Below are positions 30,093 to 37,954 of a stretch of 42,263 nt of DNA, one piece after another; positions within the stretch are counted from its first letter, which is position 1, and every line of letters begins with the position of its first letter. The notes below the pieces were generated by a model. The model worked only from the letters and a program-made list of their open reading frames with translations. It was not told where the DNA came from and did not search any database. Made by a program: the position numbers and the translations under genes. The DNA is from Eubacterium sp. (GTDB lineage: Bacteria; Bacillota; Clostridia; Lachnospirales; Lachnospiraceae), in contig JALFIK010000013.1 in the NCBI GenBank assembly GCA_022776205.1, forward strand, positions 1-42,263, read 5' to 3'.

Positions 30093-30611
30093 ATGCGCAA
30101 AATTATGTTTATCGGACGAAGTGAATCCGGAAAGACTACGATAATGCAGGCGATGAAGGGCGAGACGATCACCTATCATAAGACTCAGTATGTGAACCAT
30201 TATGATGTGATCATTGATACGCCGGGGGAATATGCGGAGACGAAGCAGCTGGCCGGAGCACTGGCAGTGTATGGATGTGAGGCGGATGTGATTGGTCTTT
30301 TGATGAGTGCTATCGAGCCGTTTTCCCTTTACCCGCCGAATGTGGTAGCTGTGAGTAACAGAGAAGTCGTGGGCGTTGTGACGAAGTGCGATCACTGGGC
30401 TGCGGATCCGGAGCAGGCTGCAGAGTGGCTTCGCCTGGCAGGCTGCAAGAAGATCTTTTTTACCAGTGCATATACAGGAGAGGGAATCGCTGATATTATC
30501 AGTTATCTGAAAGAGCCAGTTGATGTACTTCCATGGGAAGTGGCGAAGGCAGAGTATGACAAACTTGGATTTGGTCCGGGTGAGAGCGAGAAACATACAT
30601 TGCGGGTATAA
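30093..30611 (+). CDS. EutP/PduV family microcompartment-associated P-loop NTPase
   Basis: KIMFIGRSESGKTT, YHKTQ, IDTPGEY and VVTKCD; follows an EutS/PduU gene as in eut/pdu loci. Confidence 0.9.
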   Translation: MRKIMFIGRSESGKTTIMQAMKGETITYHKTQYVNHYDVIIDTPGEYAETKQLAGALAVYGCEADVIGLLMSAIEPFSLYPPNVVAVSNREVVGVVTKCDHWAADPEQAAEWLRLAGCKKIFFTSAYTGEGIADIISYLKEPVDVLPWEVAKAEYDKLGFGPGESEKHTLRV

Positions 30612-30681
30612 GGAGAAAGTTATCATGCCGGAGTATGGTGTGAATCCTGCAGAGAAACGGCATGGATAAATTGATAACAGG

Positions 30682-30751
30682 AAAGGGAGCGTTACAAATA
30701 ACAGAATGCGGGGAACCGGCATATGCTGTTTTTGTGAGGTTCCCTTTTTTT
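30682..30751 (+). terminator. Long hairpin plus T7 between eutP-like gene and ung
   Basis: AAAGGGAGC/GTTCCCTTT outer stem, TTACAAATAACAG/CTGTTTTTGTGA inner stem, then a T-run. Confidence 0.55.
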
Positions 30752-30765
30752 GGAAAGGGAAGATT

Positions 30766-31455
30766 ATGGCAGCAATAAACAATGACTGGGCAGAAGCCCT
30801 GAAAGAAGAATATAAAAAGCCCTATTACAGACAATTATATCAGACAGTGAAAGAAGAGTATGCAACACGGGAGATTTTTCCACCGTCGGAAGAGATTTTT
30901 AATGCATTTCACCTGACGCCCCTTAAAGATGTGAAAGTAGTAATCCTGGGGCAGGATCCTTATCATAATAACGGGCAGGCCCACGGGCTGAGTTTTTCCG
31001 TAAAGCCGGGTGTGGACATTCCCCCATCTCTTGTAAACATTTATAAAGAACTTCATGATGATCTGGGATGTTATATTCCCGACAATGGTTATCTGGTAAA
31101 ATGGGCAAAACAGGGAGTACTCCTCTTAAATACCGTTCTCACTGTCCGTGCCCATCAGGCGAACTCTCACCGGGGAATCGGATGGGAGGAATTTACCGAT
31201 GCGGCCATCCGGGTGTTAAATGCTCAGGAGCGTCCGATCGTATTTTTACTCTGGGGCAGGCCGGCACAGAATAAAAAGGCAATGCTCAATAATTCAAAAC
31301 ACCTGATTCTGGAGGCACCCCATCCGAGTCCGTTGTCTGCATACCGGGGATTTTTCGGCTGCCGGCATTTCAGCCAGGCAAATGAATTCCTGCGCTTTCA
31401 TAATATGGAACCCATTGACTGGCAGATTGAGAATCTGAAGGAGAAAACAGAATGA
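30766..31455 (+). CDS. ung: Uracil-DNA glycosylase
   Basis: ILGQDPYH, QAHGLSFS, PPSLVNI, GVLLLN and HPSPLS; start at ATG 30766 after a GGAAAGGGA RBS. Confidence 0.97.
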   Translation: MAAINNDWAEALKEEYKKPYYRQLYQTVKEEYATREIFPPSEEIFNAFHLTPLKDVKVVILGQDPYHNNGQAHGLSFSVKPGVDIPPSLVNIYKELHDDLGCYIPDNGYLVKWAKQGVLLLNTVLTVRAHQANSHRGIGWEEFTDAAIRVLNAQERPIVFLLWGRPAQNKKAMLNNSKHLILEAPHPSPLSAYRGFFGCRHFSQANEFLRFHNMEPIDWQIENLKEKTE

Positions 31456-31808
31456 AAAATTTATTTGTAGAATATCCAAAATGTACCACCTGTAAAAAGG
31501 CAGCGAAATGGCTCAACGACCACGGGGTGGAATTCGAAGATCGTCATATTGTGGAAGACAATCCTGATGTGGAAGAATTAAAAAAATGGCATGAAAAAAG
31601 CGGTCTTCCCCTGAAACGTTTCTTCAACACGAGCGGTCAGCTTTACCGGCAGCAGTGCCTTAAGGACAAACTGCCGACGATGAGTGAAGAAGAGCAGTAC
31701 GCTCTTCTTGCCACAAACGGGATGCTGGTAAAGAGACCGATTCTCGTGGGGGAAGATTTTGTTCTTGTTGGTTTTAAAGAAAAAGATTATGAAGAGAAAC
31801 TTCTCTGA
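31452..31808 (+). CDS. ArsC/Spx family (YusI-like) thioredoxin-fold protein
   Basis: YPKCTTCKKA, FFNTSG and LVKRPILV...VGFK. Confidence 0.9.
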   Translation: MKNLFVEYPKCTTCKKAAKWLNDHGVEFEDRHIVEDNPDVEELKKWHEKSGLPLKRFFNTSGQLYRQQCLKDKLPTMSEEEQYALLATNGMLVKRPILVGEDFVLVGFKEKDYEEKLL

Positions 31809-32887
31809 TTTTCGGAAATTTCAGCAGAAATTTTATTGACCAGGCCGGTAAGATACCAGTCGGTCAGACTATCGGAATCTTCTATTTTATCCGGGTGAAG
31901 TCCGGCAAGAGCCAGCAAAGCTTCGGCGGCCTCACTGCATTCGCAGGGAGACAGAAGTTTCCAGCTTTGCTGATCAAGAAGATGGGCATAGAGGGAACTG
32001 TAAGTAACCAGCCTGTCTTCTTTTTTTATGTGGTCAAGGACATCGGTAAACTCTGCCCGGGAATAAGAAGCATTTTTCCGGTGAAAACATTCCCAGAGGG
32101 CATCCTGGGTTATGCCAAAACGATCCATCCGGCATAAAATATCGTGCTGGGATTTTGGTGTGATTCCCTGCTGAAGTCTCAGGGCTTCCTTTATGGAGGA
32201 AATGACAGTCCGGCCGATCAGTTCTCCCAGTTTACTGTGCTTGCCGGCATTAGAAAGGGTTATGTCGGCCTCATCATCAGAGACGACAATGACACCGTCC
32301 GTTCCCGTTCCCGTGGCCAGACCGCTGGAATAACGGCTTGGAATCATTAGTTCCTGCATGGCGGCGGCCTTTGCTTCCGCACAGGAAACAAGAGCAGAAG
32401 CGAGTGCCTCTTTTTCCAGGTGGGCATTAATATAAAGTAAAATATTGATGGTGCCCACGGGCGGGGTGTTTTCGAAAGAACTTTCCGAAACTTCGTGCCA
32501 GGAAGCCGGATCACCGATTCGTCCGCCGTTGCTCCTTACGCCGGCTGTCGTGATGGCAGTAACGGAAAAATTTTCATAGGAAAGGGAAGAAATCGCAGCG
32601 TTATCCATGCTCGCCGCTGTCATGATCCCGGTACTATCCTCCGGGTCAATGCCCAGATCATCCCGGGAGATGATCTCCATATGTTCCCGGTAGGTATCTG
32701 CCCGTAAAGAAATCGCCATCCCGGATCCCGGATTTCCGTCATTGTTAAAAACTGCTTTTAAATCCGTGCGGTATCCTCCGTTATTGGGACCGGTGCTTAA
32801 TACACTCCGTTTTCCTTTAAAACAGATGACGATGGACTTTTTGTACTTGTGTACCGTATCGCCATTGGAAAATTCGTAGATTTTCAA
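31787..32887 (-). CDS. cbiZ: Adenosylcobinamide amidohydrolase (CbiZ family)
   Basis: LSTGPNNGG, GIMTAASMDN, TAGVRSN, GTINILL, EAKAAA and ATGTGTDG; TTG start after AAGGAGG. Confidence 0.85.
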   Translation of the reverse strand: MKIYEFSNGDTVHKYKKSIVICFKGKRSVLSTGPNNGGYRTDLKAVFNNDGNPGSGMAISLRADTYREHMEIISRDDLGIDPEDSTGIMTAASMDNAAISSLSYENFSVTAITTAGVRSNGGRIGDPASWHEVSESSFENTPPVGTINILLYINAHLEKEALASALVSCAEAKAAAMQELMIPSRYSSGLATGTGTDGVIVVSDDEADITLSNAGKHSKLGELIGRTVISSIKEALRLQQGITPKSQHDILCRMDRFGITQDALWECFHRKNASYSRAEFTDVLDHIKKEDRLVTYSSLYAHLLDQQSWKLLSPCECSEAAEALLALAGLHPDKIEDSDSLTDWYLTGLVNKISAEISENQRSFSS

Positions 32888-32915
32888 GATACAATTCCTC
32901 CTTTTCTAAAATACA

Positions 32916-34097
32916 TTATTTTTCCGGAGCTTCAAAATTCCGGTCTAACGTTATAATGCAGTCTGTCTGATTATTTTCTTCATGAATCAGATGCATCAGC
33001 TGCTGCATTGTCCGATCTGCATCAGAATGAGAATAAGAATCCGGAACGACCAGATCGAAGAGAAGGATTCGTTTTTCTTCTTCTTTTATCACCCGAAAAT
33101 CATGAAATTTCAGGTTTTCGTCGAGCGCATGAATAAGATGTTTCACTTTTTCCTGTAAAGTAAGAATTTCTTCATCGTGCATTTCAACCGGATCCATGTG
33201 AATCACGAGAAGGATATTTAATTCCTTCTCTGCCTGTCGTTCAATGTGGTCAATAATCGTATGAGCCTGTTCGATACTCATGTCATTTGGCACTTCCGCA
33301 TGAATCGAAGCCATCTTCTGTGTCGGCCCGTAATTGTGAACGATCAGATCGTGAGATCCTAAAATTCCTTCATGGGAGTCCACCAGTTTTGTGATCTTTT
33401 GGTAAAGTTCCGTTGGCACTCTCTGCCCAATCAGTGGTTCCAGTGTGTCTCTTGCAATGGAAATACCGGACCAGATGACGATGATGGAGACGATCAGACC
33501 AGCTATGGCATCCACATTTACGGAAGTAAAGTGGCAAATCAGTATGGAAAGTACGGTTGCACCAGTGGTGACCACATCGCCAAGAGAATCTGCGGCAGTG
33601 GCAAGCATCACCTTTGAGTCAATCCGCTTTCCCAGTTTTTTATTAAAAAACGCCATCCACAGCTTTACAAGAATGGATAAGATAAGGATGACAAAGGGAA
33701 TTAGTTCAAAGGAAATCTCTTCCGGATGAATGATCTTGGTTACGGAACTTTTTAAAAATGTTAAACCAACCTGGATGACCAGGAAGGCAACGATCAGTGC
33801 AGCCACATATTCAATCCGGCCATGTCCGAAAGGATGCTCTGCATCGGCAGGTTTGCCGGCCATCTTCACACCGACGAAACTGATGATTGAGGAAGCAGCA
33901 TCGGACAGATTATTAAAGGCATCTGCTGTTACGGCAAGGGAACTTAATAATATTCCGATTGTTAGTTTTACAGAAAAAAGAAATACATTACATAAAATTC
34001 CCACAATGCTGGAGAGAATGCCATATCGGGTCCTTACCTGGGTACTTTCAATATTTTCACTGTCTTTTACAAATTTTTTCACAAGAAATTCTGTCAT
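32916..34097 (-). CDS. Cation diffusion facilitator family transporter with duplicated C-terminal dimerisation domains
   Basis: ADAFNNLSD, PADAEHPFGHGRIEY, DSLGD, HDLIVHNYGP and IHMDP; start at MTEFLVKK after a GGGGG RBS. Confidence 0.92.
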   Translation of the reverse strand: MTEFLVKKFVKDSENIESTQVRTRYGILSSIVGILCNVFLFSVKLTIGILLSSLAVTADAFNNLSDAASSIISFVGVKMAGKPADAEHPFGHGRIEYVAALIVAFLVIQVGLTFLKSSVTKIIHPEEISFELIPFVILILSILVKLWMAFFNKKLGKRIDSKVMLATAADSLGDVVTTGATVLSILICHFTSVNVDAIAGLIVSIIVIWSGISIARDTLEPLIGQRVPTELYQKITKLVDSHEGILGSHDLIVHNYGPTQKMASIHAEVPNDMSIEQAHTIIDHIERQAEKELNILLVIHMDPVEMHDEEILTLQEKVKHLIHALDENLKFHDFRVIKEEEKRILLFDLVVPDSYSHSDADRTMQQLMHLIHEENNQTDCIITLDRNFEAPEK

Positions 34098-34127
34098 AGT
34101 AATCCCCCATTTATTTTGTGTTTCTAT

Positions 34128-34156
34128 TACTATAACAGTTTGGAAAAAAATCTTCA
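34128..34156 (-). promoter_or_regulatory. Putative sigma-A promoter of CDF-cbiZ
   Basis: Minus strand TTGAAG-17 nt-TATAGT with TG-n. Confidence 0.55.
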
Positions 34157-34201
34157 AGACGAACTCACGGAAGGCATGTCTAATTCAAAACAGAAAATAA
34201 T

Positions 34202-34240
34202 AGAGCATGGAAACAAAAAAAGAAATGTAAGCCATGCTCT
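34202..34240 (-). terminator. Hairpin downstream of cotJC
   Basis: AGAGCATGG / CCATGCTCT inverted repeat, followed on the minus strand by ATTATTTT. Confidence 0.5.
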
Positions 34241-34259
34241 TTATCGTTTTTCTAATATG

Positions 34260-34919
34260 CTAACGTTTCATATTCCGTCCGCACCCGCAGTTTCTGCTGT
34301 TATTTCCGGTATCCTTACATGCCTTGTCAAAAGCCGGATTAAATGCGTAGAAATTCCGGCTGTCTAAGTGATCCTGCACGATGCGCAGGCTTTCTCCAAA
34401 GCGCTGGAAATGAATAATTTCTCTTTTTCGCAGAAAGCGAATGGCATCGGTGACATCCGGATCATCTTTTACAAGACGTAAAATATTGTCATAGGTGGTC
34501 CGTGCTTTTTGTTCTGCGGCCATATCCTCCATAAGATCCGTAATCGGATCGCCGACGGATTGTATGGTATCGGCACTCCATGGGGTGCCGCTTGCAGCAA
34601 TCGGGTAGATTCCTGTCGTGTGATCCACATAGTAATCGGCAAATCCCTGCTCTTTTATTTGTTCCACAGTAAGATTCCGGGTCAGCTGATGAACAATCGT
34701 ACAGATCATTTCCATATGATTAAGTTCTTCGGTTCCAATGTCGGTAAGGACACCCATAACCGGGCGGTAAGGCATGGCAAAACGCTGGGACAGATAGCGC
34801 ATGGCTGCTCCGGTCTCTCCGTCCGGACCACCGAACTGGGTAATGATTGCCTTTGCCATTTTGGCATCTGTCCGTTTTATATTAATTGGGTATTCCAGTC
34901 TTTTTTCATAATTCCACAT
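34260..34919 (-). CDS. cotJC: Manganese catalase family spore coat protein CotJC
   Basis: MWNYEKRLEYP, QFGGPDGE..AAMRYLSQ, DIGTEELNH, AAEQKAR and REIIHFQRFGE. Confidence 0.95.
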   Translation of the reverse strand: MWNYEKRLEYPINIKRTDAKMAKAIITQFGGPDGETGAAMRYLSQRFAMPYRPVMGVLTDIGTEELNHMEMICTIVHQLTRNLTVEQIKEQGFADYYVDHTTGIYPIAASGTPWSADTIQSVGDPITDLMEDMAAEQKARTTYDNILRLVKDDPDVTDAIRFLRKREIIHFQRFGESLRIVQDHLDSRNFYAFNPAFDKACKDTGNNSRNCGCGRNMKR

Positions 34920-34925
34920 AAGCCC

Positions 34926-35198
34926 TTATCCCTCCTTTTCCCATGGCCACGGGTCAGATGCCCAGCACCAGAAATCCACGCCCTTTGGGACCGTATTCAG
35001 GGTGAGAGGCCCGAAACGGCTGCTGTATTCCGCGAGAGCCTGATTTCTGGCATGATTATAGTAATCAAAATATTTCAACGCATCCTCATCCTGAGGGTGT
35101 GTGTCAAGAAACATTGCTGCATCCAGTGCGGCGAAACTTACCACATCAATATAATAACGAAGTTTTTTCTGCTCCATCAGACATTGACAGCTATTCAT
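34926..35198 (-). CDS. cotJB: Spore coat protein CotJB
   Basis: FAALDAAMFLDTHP, YSSRFGPLT and W.W.SDPWPWE; the ATG overlaps the cotJA stop (ATGA). Alternative start at 35210. Confidence 0.92.
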   Translation of the reverse strand: MNSCQCLMEQKKLRYYIDVVSFAALDAAMFLDTHPQDEDALKYFDYYNHARNQALAEYSSRFGPLTLNTVPKGVDFWCWASDPWPWEKEG

Positions 35199-35389
35199 GA
35201 TTTCTGGCATCTCCTTCCGGTAAAAGGTAAGTCTAATTCCTGGAAAATGGTGCCGTGGGCAAGACCCTCTTCCGGCTTATATATTTTCTGCCATCTCTGC
35301 CACGGGACATAGGCCATGGCAATCGGCCAGGTATCAAAATTCATGGTTTCCTTTCCTGACTGGCAGGAAGGATGAGATGTCCGTTCCAT
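35195..35389 (-). CDS. cotJA: Spore coat protein CotJA
   Basis: PIAMAYVPWQ.W..IY.PEEGL.HGTIFQELDLPF; AAAGGAG RBS. Confidence 0.92.
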   Translation of the reverse strand: MERTSHPSCQSGKETMNFDTWPIAMAYVPWQRWQKIYKPEEGLAHGTIFQELDLPFTGRRCQKS

Positions 35390-35486
35390 CTGGGGGCTCC
35401 TTTACTATTTTATACAACTTATAATATGAGAAGGCGTAAGTTTTGCCACCGATGTCCGGGTGAAATAATAAAATTTCGAAAAATCC

Positions 35487-35515
35487 TTGACAAATTTTAA
35501 GATGTAATATATCAT
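35487..35515 (+). promoter_or_regulatory. Sigma-A promoter of the sulfur amino-acid ABC operon
   Basis: TTGACA (35487-35492)-17 nt-TATCAT (35510-35515). Confidence 0.8.
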
Positions 35516-35554
35516 TAAACCCAGTAATAAAATAGGAATTGAGGATAAGATGAT

Positions 35555-35665
35555 ATGAGTAGAATGAATTCCAATCAGATGAATTTCACAGGCTGTTGTC
35601 GCTGCAGTTGTTCGTGCGAATGTTTCATAGAGAGAAGTGCTTTGCCTGCACATAGCTGTCAGTAA
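35555..35665 (+). CDS. Cys-rich leader peptide (putative cysteine attenuator uORF), 36 aa
   Basis: Translated by hand: MSRMNSNQMNFTGCCRCSCSCECFIERSALPAHSCQ*. Six Cys in 10 codons (35594-35623); GAGGA RBS at 35541-35545; lies between the promoter and a terminator. Confidence 0.75.
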   Translation: MSRMNSNQMNFTGCCRCSCSCECFIERSALPAHSCQ

Positions 35666-35758
35666 TTTTATTCATAGATTCTTGGAGAGATTTTACGATC
35701 AGGACTGAGAGCTAGAAAGGGACCTGGTTGTGATTTTACAATATAGGGATAAGAGTTT

Positions 35759-35784
35759 TGCAGGTAGCAGTACCTGCATTTTTT
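35759..35784 (+). terminator. Leader (attenuator) terminator upstream of the first transporter gene
   Basis: TGCAGGTA-GCAG-TACCTGCA followed by T6; sits in the 5' leader, not after a structural gene. Confidence 0.85.
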
Positions 35785-35831
35785 GTTTCTATGAGAAAAT
35801 TTCCTAAAAAATGAGGAGAGTGAATATAAGT

Positions 35832-36491
35832 ATGGATGTTTCTTTTATGCAGGAGCAGCTGCCGTTATATGTAGAAGCTGCGAAGCTTACACTGCATATC
35901 GCTGTTCTTGGAATTATCCTGGCGATTATTGTGGGACTGATCTGCAGTATGGTCAGATATTTTAAAGTACCGGTCTTGCAGTATATTGCCGGCGGTTACA
36001 TTGAACTGTCCCGGAATACACCATTACTGATCCAGTTGTTTTTCCTGTATTTCGGTCTTCCAAAGCTGAATATCGTGTTAAGCTCTGAGCAGTGTGCAGT
36101 GATTGGTCTGGCATTTCTCGGAGGAAGTTATATGGCAGAGGCCTTTCGGAGCGGTCTTGATAACGTGGCACCCATTCAGGTGGAGACGGCGCTTAGCCTG
36201 GGGATGACAAAGAGTCAGGTTTTTGGACATATCATTTTGCCACAGGCAGTTTCCAATTCCATTCCTGCCTTTTGTGCCAACGTGATCTTCCTTATTAAGG
36301 AAACTTCCGTTTTCAGTGCGGTGGCACTGGCGGATCTTATGTTTATTACAAAGGATCTAATCGGAATTTACTACAAGACAGATGAATCTCTGTTCATGCT
36401 TGTCATGGCATATCTGATCATATTACTGCCGATTTCGATTCTCTGTACTTTTATAGAAAGGAGGGTCCGTTATGCAGAATATGGGGATTGA
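35832..36491 (+). CDS. Polar amino acid ABC transporter permease (cysteine/cystine type)
   Basis: YIELSRNTPLLIQLFFLYFGLP, an EAA-like loop (QVETALSLGMT) and IKETSV. Start may be 35811 or 35832. Confidence 0.92.
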   Translation: MDVSFMQEQLPLYVEAAKLTLHIAVLGIILAIIVGLICSMVRYFKVPVLQYIAGGYIELSRNTPLLIQLFFLYFGLPKLNIVLSSEQCAVIGLAFLGGSYMAEAFRSGLDNVAPIQVETALSLGMTKSQVFGHIILPQAVSNSIPAFCANVIFLIKETSVFSAVALADLMFITKDLIGIYYKTDESLFMLVMAYLIILLPISILCTFIERRVRYAEYGD

Positions 36492-37149
36492 GGTTTTATT
36501 TAAAGGGAGTAACTTTTTAAGACTCTGCGAAGGCCTGTGGATCACCCTGCGGATTGCCCTCATAGCCATGGTGTTGTCCCTTCTTCTGGGATTTGTGCTC
36601 GGAATGATCATGAATGTGCAGAATAAGGCGGTGAAATTTATCTGCCGGATTTATCTGGAGATCGTCCGGATCATGCCCCAGCTGGTGCTTTTGTTTCTTG
36701 TTTACTTCGGAGCGGCCAAACATCTGGGAATGAATATGTCCGGAGAATTTGCCGCAGTCATCGTCTTTACCTTCTGGGGAACAGCGGAGATGGGAGATCT
36801 GGTAAGGAGTGCCCTGATTTCCATTCCGAAACATCAGTATGACAGCGGGTTTGGCCTGGGACTGAAAAAGTGGCAGGTTTATGTGTACATTATTCTTCCA
36901 CAGACGATTCGCAGATTGTTACCATCAGCGATTAATCTTCTTACCCGTATGATCAAGACCACTTCCCTGGTCGTACTCATCGGTGTTGTGGAAGTTGTAA
37001 AAGTCGGAAAGCAGATCATCGATGCATCCCGTTACACAAATCCGACAGCAGCTTTGTGGGTATATGGAACAATATTTATTATGTATTTTGTCATTTGTTT
37101 TCCGTTTTCGAGAATTTCTGCTTATCTGGAGAAAAAATTTGCGAATTAG
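36472..37149 (+). CDS. Polar amino acid ABC transporter permease
   Basis: YLEIVRIMPQLV, AEMGDLVRSALISIP and TRMIKTTSL; AGGAGG RBS. Confidence 0.92.
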   Translation: MQNMGIEVLFKGSNFLRLCEGLWITLRIALIAMVLSLLLGFVLGMIMNVQNKAVKFICRIYLEIVRIMPQLVLLFLVYFGAAKHLGMNMSGEFAAVIVFTFWGTAEMGDLVRSALISIPKHQYDSGFGLGLKKWQVYVYIILPQTIRRLLPSAINLLTRMIKTTSLVVLIGVVEVVKVGKQIIDASRYTNPTAALWVYGTIFIMYFVICFPFSRISAYLEKKFAN

Positions 37150-37161
37150 TGAGGAGTAATC

Positions 37162-37917
37162 ATGAGTGAACCCATTTTAGAAGTAGAACACTTAAGAAAA
37201 TCATATAATAAAGACCTGGTTGTATTAAAGGATATTTCCTTTTCCATCAAAAAAGGAGAAGTTGTCGTTATTGTCGGACCGTCCGGCTGTGGAAAGAGTA
37301 CCTTTTTGCGATGTCTTAACCGCCTTGAGGAGATTGATTCGGGCACGATGAAACTTCAGGGCGTAAGCTACGAGAAGGAGAAGAAAAAGGTACATGAATT
37401 CCGGGAAAAAGTAGGAATGGTATTCCAGAGTTATGATCTTTTCCCGAATATGACCATTATGAAAAATCTTTTACTGGCTCCTTTGAAGGTACAGAAAAGA
37501 AAGAAAGAAGAAGTGATGAAAGAGGCGGAACAGCTTCTTGACCGGGTTGGCCTTTTAGATAAAAAAGATGCTTATCCACGGCAGCTTTCCGGAGGACAAA
37601 AGCAGAGAGTGGCTATCGTAAGAGCCCTTCTCATGCATCCGGAGGTTCTGCTTCTTGACGAGATTACCGCAGCACTTGACCCGGAAATGGTAAGGGAAGT
37701 ACTGCAGGTTGTTCTCGAACTGGCAAAGAGCGGGATGACCATGGTGATCGTTACCCACGAAATGGAATTTGCCAGAGCGGTAGCTGACCGGGTGATCTTT
37801 ATTGATAGAGGAGAGATCGTGGAGGAAAACACACCGGATAAATTCTTCACGAATCCGGATTCTGACCGGGCAAAACAGTTCTTAAACAGCTTCCATTACG
37901 AAACTGTTCATGAATAA
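37162..37917 (+). CDS. Polar amino acid ABC transporter ATP-binding protein
   Basis: [32 protein letters not shown] and VTHEM. Confidence 0.95.
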   Translation: MSEPILEVEHLRKSYNKDLVVLKDISFSIKKGEVVVIVGPSGCGKSTFLRCLNRLEEIDSGTMKLQGVSYEKEKKKVHEFREKVGMVFQSYDLFPNMTIMKNLLLAPLKVQKRKKEEVMKEAEQLLDRVGLLDKKDAYPRQLSGGQKQRVAIVRALLMHPEVLLLDEITAALDPEMVREVLQVVLELAKSGMTMVIVTHEMEFARAVADRVIFIDRGEIVEENTPDKFFTNPDSDRAKQFLNSFHYETVHE

Positions 37918-37954
37918 ATCTATTTTAAAAACACACGATAAGGAGGAGTGTAAA

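Noticed and set aside
30633-30652. GGTGTGAATCC resembling the T-loop hairpin of a cobalamin riboswitch
   Set aside because: No preceding AGGGAA, no following CCCGC-ACTGT or B12-box, and the downstream gene is ung.
35555-35665. Cys-rich peptide as a SCIFF/ranthipeptide precursor or metallothionein
   Set aside because: No radical SAM, peptidase or exporter gene nearby and no SCIFF-like C-terminal motif; its position between promoter and terminator ahead of a cysteine importer fits a leader peptide better.
35666-35756. SAM-I riboswitch-like fragments (TTTTATTC...GAGAG...AGGGACCTGG...GATAAGAG) in the ABC operon leader
   Set aside because: The GCAACC and GTGC core elements and correct P2/P3 spacing are missing; the pairing is better explained as part of the antiterminator. 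An RF00162 scan would settle it.
35520-35810. T-box riboswitch upstream of the amino-acid ABC operon
   Set aside because: No GGTGGNACC T-box sequence before the terminator and no recognisable stem I motifs.
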